Assembly (NCBI GenBank): GCA_000004985.1
Contig: GG738886.1
DNA from: Naegleria gruberi
Taxonomy: Eukaryota
Direction: 5' to 3' (one strand)
Length of the DNA: 64,000 nt
Part shown: piece by piece, positions 13,901 to 25,889 of the stretch
Layout of the letters: every line of letters starts with the position of its first letter
How positions within the stretch are numbered: position 1 is the stretch's first letter
Made by a program: the position numbers and the translations under genes
The notes under the pieces: generated by a model
Database searches by the model: none
Told to the model about the DNA's origin: nothing
Seen by the model: the letters and a program-made list of their open reading frames with translations, nothing else

Positions 13901-15500
13901 NNNNNNNNNNNNNNNNNNNNNNNNNNNNNNNNNNNNNNNNNNNNNNNNNNNNNNNNNNNNNNNNNNNNNNNNNNNNNNNNNNNNNNNNNNNNNNNNNNNN
14001 NNNNNNNNNNNNNNNNNNNNNNNNNNNNNNNNNNNNNNNNNNNNNNNNNNNNNNNNNNNNNNNNNNNNNNNNNNNNNNNNNNNNNNNNNNNNNNNNNNNN
14101 NNNNNNNNNNNNNNNNNNNNNNNNNNNNNNNNNNNNNNNNNNNNNNNNNNNNNNNNNNNNNNNNNNNNNNNNNNNNNNNNNNNNNNNNNNNNNNNNNNNN
14201 NNNNNNNNNNNNNNNNNNNNNNNNNNNNNNNNNNNNNNNNNNNNNNNNNNNNNNNNNNNNNNNNNNNNNNNNNNNNNNNNNNNNNNNNNNNNNNNNNNNN
14301 NNNNNNNNNNNNNNNNNNNNNNNNNNNNNNNNNNNNNNNNNNNNNNNNNNNNNNNNNNNNNNNNNNNNNNNNNNNNNNNNNNNNNNNNNNNNNNNNNNNN
14401 NNNNNNNNNNNNNNNNNNNNNNNNNNNNNNNNNNNNNNNNNNNNNNNNNNNNNNNNNNNNNNNNNNNNNNNNNNNNNNNNNNNNNNNNNNNNNNNNNNNN
14501 NNNNNNNNNNNNNNNNNNNNNNNNNNNNNNNNNNNNNNNNNNNNNNNNNNNNNNNNNNNNNNNNNNNNNNNNNNNNNNNNNNNNNNNNNNNNNNNNNNNN
14601 NNNNNNNNNNNNNNNNNNNNNNNNNNNNNNNNNNNNNNNNNNNNNNNNNNNNNNNNNNNNNNNNNNNNNNNNNNNNNNNNNNNNNNNNNNNNNNNNNNNN
14701 NNNNNNNNNNNNNNNNNNNNNNNNNNNNNNNNNNNNNNNNNNNNNNNNNNNNNNNNNNNNNNNNNNNNNNNNNNNNNNNNNNNNNNNNNNNNNNNNNNNN
14801 NNNNNNNNNNNNNNNNNNNNNNNNNNNNNNNNNNNNNNNNNNNNNNNNNNNNNNNNNNNNNNNNNNNNNNNNNNNNNNNNNNNNNNNNNNNNNNNNNNNN
14901 NNNNNNNNNNNNNNNNNNNNNNNNNNNNNNNNNNNNNNNNNNNNNNNNNNNNNNNNNNNNNNNNNNNNNNNNNNNNNNNNNNNNNNNNNNNNNNNNNNNN
15001 NNNNNNNNNNNNNNNNNNNNNNNNNNNNNNNNNNNNNNNNNNNNNNNNNNNNNNNNNNNNNNNNNNNNNNNNNNNNNNNNNNNNNNNNNNNNNNNNNNNN
15101 NNNNNNNNNNNNNNNNNNNNNNNNNNNNNNNNNNNNNNNNNNNNNNNNNNNNNNNNNNNNNNNNNNNNNNNNNNNNNNNNNNNNNNNNNNNNNNNNNNNN
15201 NNNNNNNNNNNNNNNNNNNNNNNNNNNNNNNNNNNNNNNNNNNNNNNNNNNNNNNNNNNNNNNNNNNNNNNNNNNNNNNNNNNNNNNNNNNNNNNNNNNN
15301 NNNNNNNNNNNNNNNNNNNNNNNNNNNNNNNNNNNNNNNNNNNNNNNNNNNNNNNNNNNNNNNNNNNNNNNNNNNNNNNNNNNNNNNNNNNNNNNNNNNN
15401 NNNNNNNNNNNNNNNNNNNNNNNNNNNNNNNNNNNNNNNNNNNNNNNNNNNNNNNNNNNNNNNNNNNNNNNNNNNNNNNNNNNNNNNNNNNNNNNNNNNN
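1979..15500. other. Assembly gap: 13,522 consecutive N
   Basis: Uninterrupted run of n. The three giant 'ORFs' spanning it in the track are X-translation artifacts. Confidence 0.99.
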
Positions 15501-17211
15501 AAATTTTTTAGATCTATTTAAACTTGATTTTGTAAAAATATAATGATCTATTAATGGCATTATTAAAACACTTGTTAAATTTAAAATTATAATAAAAATT
15601 AAAATTCCATAACAAGTATCACTTTCCATATATATAAAATACTTTCCAATAAAATCAAAATAAATAATATTTAAATCATCTTGTGCAATATCATCATGTT
15701 TTAATTTTGTAATCATGTGAAATAATTGTAAATGTAAATTTTCACCTAAATGTTGAATTGAACCTGAATTTTTACCATTTAAGGAAATTGAATTATTAAT
15801 ATTTGAATTAAAAAAATAATTTGAATGATCATATTGTGAACCTAATACATAGGAATCATAAACAAACATTAAATCCATTCCATTATGAATTTCTTTTGAT
15901 AAAACATTAAAATCTGTTAAAAAATTTGTTTCCTGATTTGATTTTTGACTTTTGATTAAAAACCAAATTAATTCTTCAATTATTACATTGGCATATGGAA
16001 ATGGAACTTTAGAATATTCTTTAAATAATTTCATTGATTTAGTTTTTGATTGAACAAGTGTTGATTTTCCACTTCCACCTAAAGATGAAAGATTTATAAA
16101 TCTTTTAATTCTTCCTAATATCATTGCTATTAATGTATTTGGTTTACTATATTTAGATATAAAATCACTAGCTCCACTTGAATCTAATTCTGCTCCATTA
16201 GTAAATAAAAATGCAAGTTGATGTGTCATTTCATTCATTGAATGATTGGAAAATAAATTTTTAAAATTGGATATTAATTCTAATGAAAGTATTGTTCCAA
16301 TCATGTTATTAGAAAATCCAGGTGAATTTTCAACTGTATCAATCTATTATAAATTAGAATTTTAAAAGAGTAGTTAAAATTGTATGAGAATATTTTGTGA
16401 GAATATTTGTAAAAATTGTTTAAAATTATTTAAAATTATTGTAAACATACATGTGTTGATAATAAAACAGATGTTGTATTTTGATTATCACAAGTATTTT
16501 CATCACATAAAATTACTAAAAGATTATCAATTTTTTGAACAGGTTCTAAAAATGGTGATTTGATTATTTTCATTTTCAATTTTGAATTTGTTTCAACATC
16601 TTTTTTCATATTTAATAATTTCCTAATTAAAATTTGAACAAATTGAACATTTTTCCCACTTCCAAATTCTCTAGATTCCTCATTTCCATTTATAAACTCT
16701 TTCCAATTTTGTAAAGCTCTTGTTTCTGAAAATTTTGATAAATTTTCCAAATTATTATCCAAAGGAAGTGAATCTGATGAAAATGAAATTGGTATTACAA
16801 TTAAAAAGAATATAAATGGTATTAAAATTGCATAACTAATAAATAAACAAATATTCGAAGGAAAGAATGAAAAACAAAATTTTTTGATATTTTCCCTTTT
16901 TGATGATTTTAAAGCCTTTTTTCGATGAGATGATGATTAGAAGAATTTGATAAATTATTTGAATGATCACTTCCAAATCCTTCATTATGATGATATTCAT
17001 TGTCATCCTGTGTTATCGGAGATGTTGGTGTAAATGACATGTTGAAGGCTAAATGATGATTATTTCCTTCCTGTCTATTTCTATTATTATTATTGATCAA
17101 TAAGTGTTGTTGATGATGTCTACTATTCGGAGGTGATGTTAAGAGTAATTCACCATCTTCATCACCAGAGAGATTAATACTCTCTTCTGCTGATTGTTGA
17201 TAGTAAAACAT
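15501..17211 (-). CDS. Hypothetical membrane protein. It has an ATG-initiated His/Asn/Gln-rich N-terminal segment (16909..17211), a hydrophobic anchor (NICLFISYAILIPFIFFLIVIPISF) and a C-terminal domain carrying the P-loop-like motif LGGSGKSTLV. There is a 107-nt intron at 16344..16450 (gtatgt...taatag). The last exon (15501..16343) runs into the gap.
   Basis: Segment 16451..16936 has no ATG and is in a different frame from 16909..17211; the two overlap at a T6/A6 homopolymer (16917-16922). Splice frames are consistent (...LLSTH | IDTVENSPGF...). The Walker-A GxxxxGKST motif is seen directly. Confidence 0.45.
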
Positions 17212-17415
17212 TTTTTTGATGGCTGAAAATGATAAATAATGGACAAAATTGGTTCACAATTAATTGAAAGCAAATGGTTTGTGAAATATCTTCAAGTGGT
17301 GACCTAATTCAATATTGAAAGAATAAAAATTTCCACACTTCTTAAGGATTCTCATTTTCAAACTCAAAACTCCAAAAACTAACTAAACAATTAATTATTT
17401 GAAAGAAGAGTGTTT

Positions 17416-20400
17416 TTATATTAATGATGGTGATGATGATGATGATTTTTTAAAAGATTCTAATCGTGTTAAAGTTTCACTATCAGCAATGGATTGTAAA
17501 AATAATTTAAAATCATTTGGATTTCCAACCATTTGAGCCATTTCATTCATTTTAGCATGAAGATAATCATAAAAGTCCATTTGAATGAGAACATCATTTC
17601 TGGCAGATAATCTCTTTCTATCAAATTCATTATTCATTGTAATTCCATCTTCTTCATCTTCACCTGTTAATCTCTTTGTTAATTCACTTTGTTTATCCAT
17701 ATCATACAAAACTTGAACTGAAATATTTAAAATCTTTCCAAATCTATTTAACAATTCATTATTATTGGTTGGATAAAGTGATAAAAGTGCCAATGTACTA
17801 AATTTTCTATGGAAACTTGAAACAATTGAATCAAATAATGAAATCCACAAATCAATGACATCAAGTGAAACTGATCCTTGTTGAATTGATTTTTCTTTTT
17901 GAATTGTTTCTGAAATTTGGAAGAATAAATTCTTGTTAAAGAATAATAATCTAGAGAATACGCAAAGGAAATTAACTAAAACTTCATTCTTTTCTTCCTT
18001 TGCATAAAACATTTCCATCATGTGTTTAACTGGAACAATAAAATGTGTTGAAGCTTCAAGTGGGAATTCAGTAAAAATCAAATCAATAATATTTGTACAA
18101 ATGTAAATTACTTTTGGTTTGGCATTGTTTAAAATATTGAGGAAAATTTCATTCAATTGACTTCCAAATGTTCCTAAAAATTGTGATTTACCAAGTAAAA
18201 TATAACTTTCAATAATTCTTAATGCTAAAACAAGGTAATCGTAAGATGTATCAATAATTTTAACAAGATTAGGGAAAATTGACATTAAACCTTGAACTGG
18301 TTCAGGAGCATATTGAACAGTTGAATGCCATAATTCTAATGCGTCTTCAATAAAATAGGCATGTTCTTCTTGCTCAACATCAGTACTATAACTAATTAAT
18401 GGTAATAAAAATTCATATAAAATAACTGAATTACTTTCTAGTAATTTAACAATTTTAGATAATGCAGAAATAACTTGAGTTTTAACAAGTGTAGAATCAA
18501 AACATGAATTCCATAAAACTGGTAACATTTTAACCAAAACTTCACAATATGGTAAAATCTTATTGTCCATCTTTTCAACAACAAAACTAATAAGTGTTAA
18601 AAGTGATAATTTTGTATCTTCCTGTTCAACATTACTTAAAATGTGAATTAAAATTTTCATAAATGGTTCAAGATGTTCAACAAAATCATTTGGTTCAAAA
18701 TCAATATCTTCACTAATGATTGTTTTTAAAGTTATCAATGAAGTTAATTGTAAAACAATATCATTACTTGATGTTAATATTGTCATTAATGTTTGCAAAA
18801 TATCTTTTCTAACTGTTGGATCAAATCTTTCAACCCATCTTCCTAAAATCCACATACATTTTCTTCTAATGACATTATATTTTGGATTGAGTGCAAATTC
18901 TTCAGTTGGTAATAATTCCTTCCTCAGCATACTTGCATACCATTGAGGAAATTGAATATCATTATAGAGATGATAGGATGCCCAACCAACTGCTGAATAA
19001 CAAGCATCACGCAAAATTATCTTTTGATTCTCAAGAGAGCCATATGTTTCTTATTGATATGATTTTATCATTGTATTATTGTGTTATTGATATTGGAATT
19101 TTGGAATATTTGAAAACATATATAAATTAGAATGACCAAGACAAACAATAAATAAAACAAACCTTGTAACATTTGTTCAGTAAATTGAACAACAAATTTT
19201 GAAATTCTCGATTCAAAAGTTCCCATAATAGCTAAAAACAAATATTCTCCTGCTGCTTTTAAAGTATCATCTCTATCTAATTCTTGTTCCTTTACAAATT
19301 CTTCTGGATCTTCATTCCATTTATCTAATTCATCTCCAGAAGCAACCATATATTTAGTAACGAGACATGAAACAAAATTTCTCAAAACTTCATCAGTAAA
19401 GAATTGATTATGAACAATTTCAAAAGCTTCAGCACCCTCATTTCCATTATCCTTATCATATTTTGTGCATTCAACAACAAATTTTAAAAATGTTAAAGCT
19501 CTAAAGAAAACTTTAAAATCTGTTGTTGGAGCGTATGGATCATTTTCAAAAACCATTTTAGAAAATATCATACAATATGGTAAAAGTAATTTTCTAAATC
19601 CTATTTGATGTTTAGATTGAACTCTTAATGGTATTTTAATAAATGAAGCTAATAAACAAATAATCTTATCAAAATTTTCAGTTCTATTTTGTCCAGAAGT
19701 AATTAAACTCTGTGAAACTTGATAATATTTAGAAATTATATCCGAAAGTGATCCTAAAAAATCCATAATAGTACTATTTTTATCAATTACAGAAATACCC
19801 ATAGCAATTAATCTCCAAATAATTCTCGAACAAACTAAACAATTATTATATTCCAAATCATTAATATTACCAATTGATTGATAAATTCTATTGGCATAAT
19901 AAAACCATAATTGACAAGTAAATCCAACAATATTTTGTGAAAACTATCAAAGTTAATATAGATCATAAGAAAATACATACTTCTTTAAATATTTTCTTTG
20001 CTTCTACCAAATTTTTAGATGATTGTTCTTTTACAAATTGTTTCAATACAATTAAACATTTACTTCTAACTTGTTCAGAACTTGATGATGTTATGCATTG
20101 AACAATATTTTCAATTAAATCTTTCCAATCAGTTGGATAATCAATTCTTGCAATTTTAGCAATAGATAAAGCGAATTGAATAATGAATTGGTTATTATTT
20201 AACAATTCATCATTATTATCTGAAATTATTAATTTTAATAAACCTTGTTTAACATATTCCTTTTCTTGATTAGAAATAACACTAACATTTTGATTAGCAT
20301 TTTACATAAACTACTACTTACTAATTAGCTGATGGTCTCCAATAAGTATCAACTGAATTTTTCAAACAAATAAGTGCTAAATATCTAGCCTGTTGTTCAA

Positions 20401-20722
20401 CTGTTGTTTTTGTTATAATTTGCTACAAATTGATGATGAATAATGGTGAATTATTTTAGTGATGTGATAATATTGATGATGAATTATATATTATAGCATT
20501 TAAAGGCTTTAAAAAATCACATATGAATATTATAATACTCACCAACAAAAGTGACAGATAGCCATTTCTCTTTTCAACTTGATGTAAAGTGTTCTCGGCA
20601 ATTTTCTGTTCTTCCGTTCCTCCATTAAGTGATTTGGTCAAGACTTCAACAAGTTGAGCCTCATCGTTTGGACTCAGAGATGGAAATTGCTCTCGGGATT
20701 GCACAACTTTATTGTTCAACAT
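17416..20722 (-). CDS. IPO11: Importin-11 / KAP120-like importin-beta family protein. Five exons: 20543..20722, 20322..20422, 19981..20281, 19163..19943, 17416..19049. Introns are 120, 40, 37 and 113 nt.
   Basis: Spliced translation aligns with human IPO11 across all junctions (ARYLALICLKNSVDTYWR vs VRWLAVLYFKHGIDRYWR; QFALSIAKIARIDYPTDW vs QIAVLIAKVARLDCPRQW; GFTCQLW vs NFACSLW; DELDKWNEDPEEF vs EELTMWEEDPEGF; ILRDACYSAVG vs LIKDAVYNAVG). Donors are gtgagt/gtaagt/gtatgt/gtttgt; acceptors tag/aag. Splice phases are consistent. Confidence 0.85.
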
Positions 20723-20867
20723 TTTTTTCTCTCTTCAATTTTGTTAAAACCAAATTCACATTGTTAATATTATAATATCTAACAATCAATTCATTGTTAA
20801 CTCGAGTATTTGATTCTTGTGAAAGAAGTATTGGAACATGAATGAGCTATATTGTGGAAATAATTTA

Positions 20868-22130
20868 TTATTCGTCTACTATTGAGTAGAGGTCAAAAAG
20901 TTTAGGGAATGGATTGTTCTTACTAAGAACAAGTATTTGTTTTTCGTGTGACATGTATCCTCTGACATAGCCTTGTGAAATTAAATTACCAATCATGCAT
21001 TCTGCGTGATCGATAGTGACTGGATCTTCCTCTACAAATTTAAGAGCTCCCAAAAATGATGAAATGTTAATTCTTGAAGACTGTTCATGATATTGATGCA
21101 CTCTTCTCAATAAATTTCTGTAAACAACTATTTGAGCATTCTCCAGCATGAGATATGTTCCGTGCTTTATGAAGAATTCCATATTATCTCTCAAACTCTT
21201 CCTATAACTCTTTAAATCTCCAGTTCTACATGCCTTTGAGAGGCCTTTAAACTCAATCAATCCATGCTTATCACACAGCCATGAAGTTGGATATTTTCCT
21301 AGCATTAAATTTACACAAGCCAAATATTGAATAATCATCTTTTTGTTTTTTACATAATCTTCATGACAATTGTCTAAAGCAAATTCCAAATCCTCTTTAG
21401 CTTTAATAAATTTTCCTTGGAAAATGGCAACTCTTCCAGAGAAAAATTTGAAAGTAACTTGTTGACCTATAGGGAACAAGTCAAGCTCAGGAAGAGTCTT
21501 ACTTGTCTCTACAGTGTCAATCAATTTCTTCATTAAACCAATATTATTCAATTTGAAATATATTCTCATAAGTATATTTACAAGATATAAAGCTCCCCAT
21601 TTCTTAGAAAGACTTAAATCACCTCTATCTTTTACAGAGGTGGCATAAGCTTGTTGTATAGTTGGAACAGATTGTTCAAGTGGGCTTTGTTTTACCATAC
21701 CAGATGAATCTTCATTTCCTTCATCTTGTTCAAAAACTACTTGAGCCTTTAATCCCATCCTATAAAGTGCATTACTCAAATATTGAATAATAGGACATGT
21801 CCAATTATTTTCATGTTCATAAACTTGTAAAGTAAATTCACGAAGTGTATCTTTCATTGAAGAAAATGCTGACATGTAATCCTCTTTATCAAAACAATAA
21901 ATTAATGATTGATAATAATTTGTTATATAGGTTCGATGTTTTTGATGAGAAACATTCTTATTAACTAGCTGTTTTACACTATCCAATGATGGCATACTTT
22001 CCACTGGATCTTCCTCTTCCGATCCTTGTACAAATAATTCATAAAAATAATTTTCATCCAAATAATAACACACTTGACTTCCATCAGCGCTGGAAATGGA
22101 TTCATCCAACTCTTGCAATAGTTTTTTCAT
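20868..22130 (-). CDS. PCID2: PCI domain-containing protein 2 (Thp1/PCID2; TREX-2 / CSN12-like), single exon
   Basis: 420-aa ORF from a true ATG. Strong motif match to human PCID2 (SKKWGALYLVNILMRIYFKLN vs [21 protein letters not shown]; C-terminal PCI/winged-helix ...GYVRGYMSHEKQILVLSKNNPFP). Confidence 0.85.
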   Translation of the reverse strand: MKKLLQELDESISSADGSQVCYYLDENYFYELFVQGSEEEDPVESMPSLDSVKQLVNKNVSHQKHRTYITNYYQSLIYCFDKEDYMSAFSSMKDTLREFTLQVYEHENNWTCPIIQYLSNALYRMGLKAQVVFEQDEGNEDSSGMVKQSPLEQSVPTIQQAYATSVKDRGDLSLSKKWGALYLVNILMRIYFKLNNIGLMKKLIDTVETSKTLPELDLFPIGQQVTFKFFSGRVAIFQGKFIKAKEDLEFALDNCHEDYVKNKKMIIQYLACVNLMLGKYPTSWLCDKHGLIEFKGLSKACRTGDLKSYRKSLRDNMEFFIKHGTYLMLENAQIVVYRNLLRRVHQYHEQSSRINISSFLGALKFVEEDPVTIDHAECMIGNLISQGYVRGYMSHEKQILVLSKNNPFPKLFDLYSIVDE

Positions 22131-22356
22131 ATTTTTTTTAAAGGCTTTTTTATTTTAAATTATTGCAATAACAACACTTGAATATTTGCAAATATTATCA
22201 TCTTGTAACATATAGATGTTTTATATAAACATCCAATCTCGAGAAAGACTAATTGTCAATCTAATAAATTAAATCCTATTGTACAAAAAATTGAACATCC
22301 CGATATTTGCTTGTCCGCTCATATTTTCATCATATTATCAATAATTAGTATTATTA

Positions 22357-22638
22357 CTAATGGAAGAATGTAATATTGGTACAATTTTCATTCTGTAATA
22401 ATTCCAATTTGTTAAATCCGTTTCTTAAAAACCATTCAATTCTTGTTGTTTCATGTTTAGGTATGGTTTTATAGGTTTCAAATTCTTTACGAATAAACTT
22501 TCTCAAAATTTCAGGGTTTTGCTTGTTTTTTGTTGCTCTCCAAAGCTGTCTATACAGTCCAAGTACTTGTTTTTGAAGTCCACTCAATTTAACTCCTGTG
22601 GAGGAAGCACGAGGTCGGAATGCACCCAAATTTACCAT
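22357..22638 (-). CDS. SDHAF1: LYR-motif protein, SDHAF1-like (succinate dehydrogenase assembly factor 1)
   Basis: 93-aa ORF from the ATG at 22638 (the track M at 22662 is not ATG). LQKQVLGLYRQLWR and RIEWFLRNGFNKLELL match SDHAF1 LQRQVLSLYR and RIEYLYRRGRRQLQLL. Confidence 0.7.
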   Translation of the reverse strand: MVNLGAFRPRASSTGVKLSGLQKQVLGLYRQLWRATKNKQNPEILRKFIRKEFETYKTIPKHETTRIEWFLRNGFNKLELLQNENCTNITFFH

Positions 22639-22903
22639 TTTTTTAAATAATTTTAAATTCAATTATCATTAAAGAATCAATTTATAATTGACTTGATTTT
22701 CGGCTATTTATTATCAAGATAGTATATACTCAGACTACCTGCCACTTCAACATAAATTGATTCTTCTATTATCTTTAAATATTTACTTCAATCCCTTCAT
22801 GTTTTTCAAAAATTCAATCCAAAAAAGCCTTTGAAAACTACGCACTCCATTTTCTTCTTCCATCATCACAGATTCATCAAGTCAATAATTAAAATAATAA
22901 AAA

Positions 22904-23374
22904 ATGTCTTCATCGCTAATCAATCCTAACCCTGAAATTTATGCAACACAAAGTATTTCTAGAAATGATTCGGAACAAGAAAATAATGAAGAATATATTG
23001 ATGAATTTGATGCTTTGGAAGTTTATGATCTGATAAGAAATATTAACGATCCCGAACATCCACTTTCTTTGGAACAATTAAAAGTTACACAACATGATTT
23101 AATTACTGTAGATAATAAGAATAATTTAATTGTAATTTATTTTACTCCAACTATTACACATTGTTCAATGGCAACTTTAATTGGTTTGAGTATTAGAGTG
23201 AAATTACTGAGAAGTTTACCAAAAAGATTTAAAGTTGACATTTTCATTACACCTGGCACACATCAATCTGAAGATCAAGTTAACAAACAATTAAATGATA
23301 AGGAAAGAGTAGCTGCTGCTTTGGAAAATGAAAGATTATTATCTGTTGTAAATAGATGCATTGCACAATCTTAA
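22904..23374 (+). CDS. CIA2: MIP18/FAM96 family protein (DUF59), CIA2-like cytosolic Fe-S assembly component
   Basis: 156 aa. Motifs DPEHP...[21 protein letters not shown] and [10 protein letters not shown] are characteristic of CIA2/FAM96B. Confidence 0.8.
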   Translation: MSSSLINPNPEIYATQSISRNDSEQENNEEYIDEFDALEVYDLIRNINDPEHPLSLEQLKVTQHDLITVDNKNNLIVIYFTPTITHCSMATLIGLSIRVKLLRSLPKRFKVDIFITPGTHQSEDQVNKQLNDKERVAAALENERLLSVVNRCIAQS

Positions 23375-23515
23375 TAAATTTCACATCTATTGATTTCTAC
23401 ATCAAATGCTTTAATCACAATTTTTTCAATTTTTTCAATTGTGAATGTGATTTTGGGTAACGGTTTAGGCTCTTTACATGTCTAAATAATATATTTTAAG
23501 ATACTACTTGTTCTT

Positions 23516-23872
23516 ATGGAAGATGGATCTGTTTACGGTTTGGGAATGAATCAGATCAACGTGTTCCTGTAAGAATTAATTTCTTTGACGATAAGAATGT
23601 TCGTGGATTGGGAGCTGGTGGCAGTAGTAGTGCTGCTGTTTGTGCTCACCAATGGGTTCCTGATAAGGATGCTGATGATTGTATGAGTTGCAAGTCAATG
23701 TTTACATTCCTCAGAAGAAGACACCTGCAATTGCAGATATTGTGGTATTTTCTGTGGAAGTTGTACTGGTAAAAGAATTACTCTTCTTCGTTTTGGTTTT
23801 GATGAACCAGTTAGAGTTTGTGACAATTGTTATCAAAATCTTACAAACGCTGCTCAAACCTACAAGAGGTAA
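23516..23872 (+). CDS. Small FYVE zinc-finger protein. The coding frame breaks inside the RRHHCR motif (about 23722). A possible 26-nt intron lies at 23570..23595.
   Basis: WVPDKDADDCMSCKSMFTFLRRRH (frame 1) and CNCRYCGIFCGSCTGKRITLLRFGFDEPVRVCDNCY (frame 2) together form a canonical FYVE finger (WxxD, RRHHCR, CG..FC, RVC..C). No ATG is in frame with the upstream part unless the 26-nt GT-AG segment is spliced. Confidence 0.45.
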
Positions 23873-24450
23873 TTTGTAACATATAAAACTATTTATTTAA
23901 AATTTTTGAAGTCTGGTGTTGTAAATTTACTTCTTGTCACTTATCGAATCTTTAGTACTGTATCCATAGTTCAAATCAAGATTTTACTCAACTTTTACAA
24001 AGATTTTCTCCATTTTTGACTTTTATTCCTAAAAATGTGATTATCAAACCCAATAAAAAAAACCTGTAAGCGGATCATATAAAATATCATTAATAATACG
24101 TTATTGTTTATTGGAATTACCGAACCAACATTCATTTCCTCAATCACCAACTTATATGATGAAGATTATTGAAAAAGATGCCAAAATTTCAATAGAGAAC
24201 TGATTGTTGAGATTCATGACGAAAATATTTTGATGCTTAATAACAGTACTCTCTTTTCGTCATGCTTTTCAACGTTACACTATATTCGTACCATATTCTT
24301 GCCTTAAATTGAATTGTATTTCCGTGAGTAAGCGAAATGGCTTTGGTTCCAAACTAAAGTTCTTTACCTATTCTATACCCTATAAATGCAACTGTTTTCA
24401 TAACCAACTGTTTTTCCAATCAAGAAAAAAACAATTAATAACAAATAACA

Positions 24451-25413
24451 ATGCACTCTATTCAAGCTTTAAAGTTGAACAAACTTAATCTCGATCCTGC
24501 AATTTCTACATCCAACGATGACTCAGATTCGAATAAGAAGAAATATATCAAGTTCTCTGATAGATTTGGAACCACAGAACCTTTCTACAAATTCATGGTC
24601 ACAAAATTCGAGTTGGTACACAACCACCTCTTAAACTTTTGTCCAGTCATTCTCATGGTTTTGGTGCATAACGACCTTCTGTCACCATTCTGGGCAGTAT
24701 TAATTCAACAATACTTGACAATTATATGGACACTTTCTCTGCATTCCCTTCTCCATGCCAAGACATGTGTCGATTCCAATCAAAACTATGATTTGTTTAC
24801 TGACATTCTTATTGGAATTCCATACTTTGGTTTATTCACTCCTTCCATTGCTAAATTTGGTCACGACACACATCACAATTACACAGGAACTGAAAAGGAT
24901 TTGGATCACTTCTTCTTCAAGACTGAAAATCCAATTCTCCTCTTTATTTATTCCTCATTCTTTTCTGAATATTACATTTTCTGCTATTTATGGGAGAAAT
25001 CTTCAGAAAAGATGCAAATTTTAAGAAGTGTTTCAATCATGCTCGTTAAATTGGTGATTTTATTGACAATGTACAAGATTTTGGGTAATTCCTTCTTGAT
25101 TATCTTTTTGAGTTCAAGATTTGCAAAGAGTTACATTTTTGCTTCCTTTACTCAACTTGTCCACAAGATTGATTTGGAATCAATTTTATTCGATTTGGAA
25201 GAAAGATTGAATTTGCCAATTACTATTGATACTATTTTGCATTACACTTTCGGATACAATATTCATGTAGTCAAGTATCATGATGATCATCATGCTTACA
25301 GAATGATTTGTCCATCTGCTTACTATCCAGCTCTTCATAATTATTATAAGAAACATCAAGTGAACGAAAATAATAATAGAATTGAAAGTCCTGGAAGAAA
25401 TAAAGCAATATAA
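24451..25413 (+). CDS. Membrane di-iron oxidase of the fatty-acid hydroxylase superfamily (ERG25/SUR2/sterol-desaturase-like)
   Basis: 320 aa with multiple hydrophobic segments and three His boxes (HSLLH, HDTHH, HDDHH) in the spacing typical of this superfamily. Confidence 0.7.
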   Translation: MHSIQALKLNKLNLDPAISTSNDDSDSNKKKYIKFSDRFGTTEPFYKFMVTKFELVHNHLLNFCPVILMVLVHNDLLSPFWAVLIQQYLTIIWTLSLHSLLHAKTCVDSNQNYDLFTDILIGIPYFGLFTPSIAKFGHDTHHNYTGTEKDLDHFFFKTENPILLFIYSSFFSEYYIFCYLWEKSSEKMQILRSVSIMLVKLVILLTMYKILGNSFLIIFLSSRFAKSYIFASFTQLVHKIDLESILFDLEERLNLPITIDTILHYTFGYNIHVVKYHDDHHAYRMICPSAYYPALHNYYKKHQVNENNNRIESPGRNKAI

Positions 25414-25618
25414 AAAAAATTAATTACTATACCTATTTGAAACATTATTAAGATAAAATCCTAAAATTGGTAATTTACGTATGAACTTGTATCTTTTATA
25501 AAATGACTTTTAGCGAAAGTGTTAATAACAAATGAAACCATTTTTTAACTTGTTTTGATATGAAGTTGCTCCTGAAGTTTCTGCAGATGTTTATGATTCA
25601 CATTTCGAGTAAATGAAT

Positions 25619-25738
25619 GGCTACGGCCATATCACGATGAATGCACCTCATCCCGTCCGATTTGAGAAGTTAAGCATCGTCGAGCCACATCAGTACTGAG
25701 GTTGGAGACAACTTGGGAACCTGTGGTGCTGTAGTCTT
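25619..25738 (+). rRNA. 5S ribosomal RNA, dispersed single copy
   Basis: GGCTACGGCCATATCACGATGAATGCACCTCATCCCGTCCGATTTGAGAAGTTAAGCATCGTCGAGCCACATCAGTACTGAGGTTGGAGACAACTTGGGAACCTGTGGTGCTGTAGTCTTT aligns along its full length with eukaryotic 5S rRNA. The 5' and 3' ends pair. It is followed by a T-rich Pol III terminator. Confidence 0.9.
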
Positions 25739-25753
25739 TTATTTCTTTTTCTC
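25739..25753 (+). terminator. Pol III terminator T-run after the 5S gene
   Basis: ttttatttctttttc immediately 3' of the 5S end. Confidence 0.5.
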
Positions 25754-25889
25754 ATGGCTGTAAACAGTTGAAAGTTTCTAAGTTGGATTTAAAAAATAAA
25801 TAAATGCAATGCAGACAGACTCACAACTTTATTCTAATGTTAAAAGCAAAATTGATTCAAAATTTTGAACTTTAAGGAAATTGTTTCAA

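Noticed and set aside
1461-16304. Three giant ORFs (4,500-4,800 aa) spanning the N block on both strands
   Set aside because: They are artifacts of translating N as X. Only the flanking real sequence (1482..1978 and 15501..16343) is coding.
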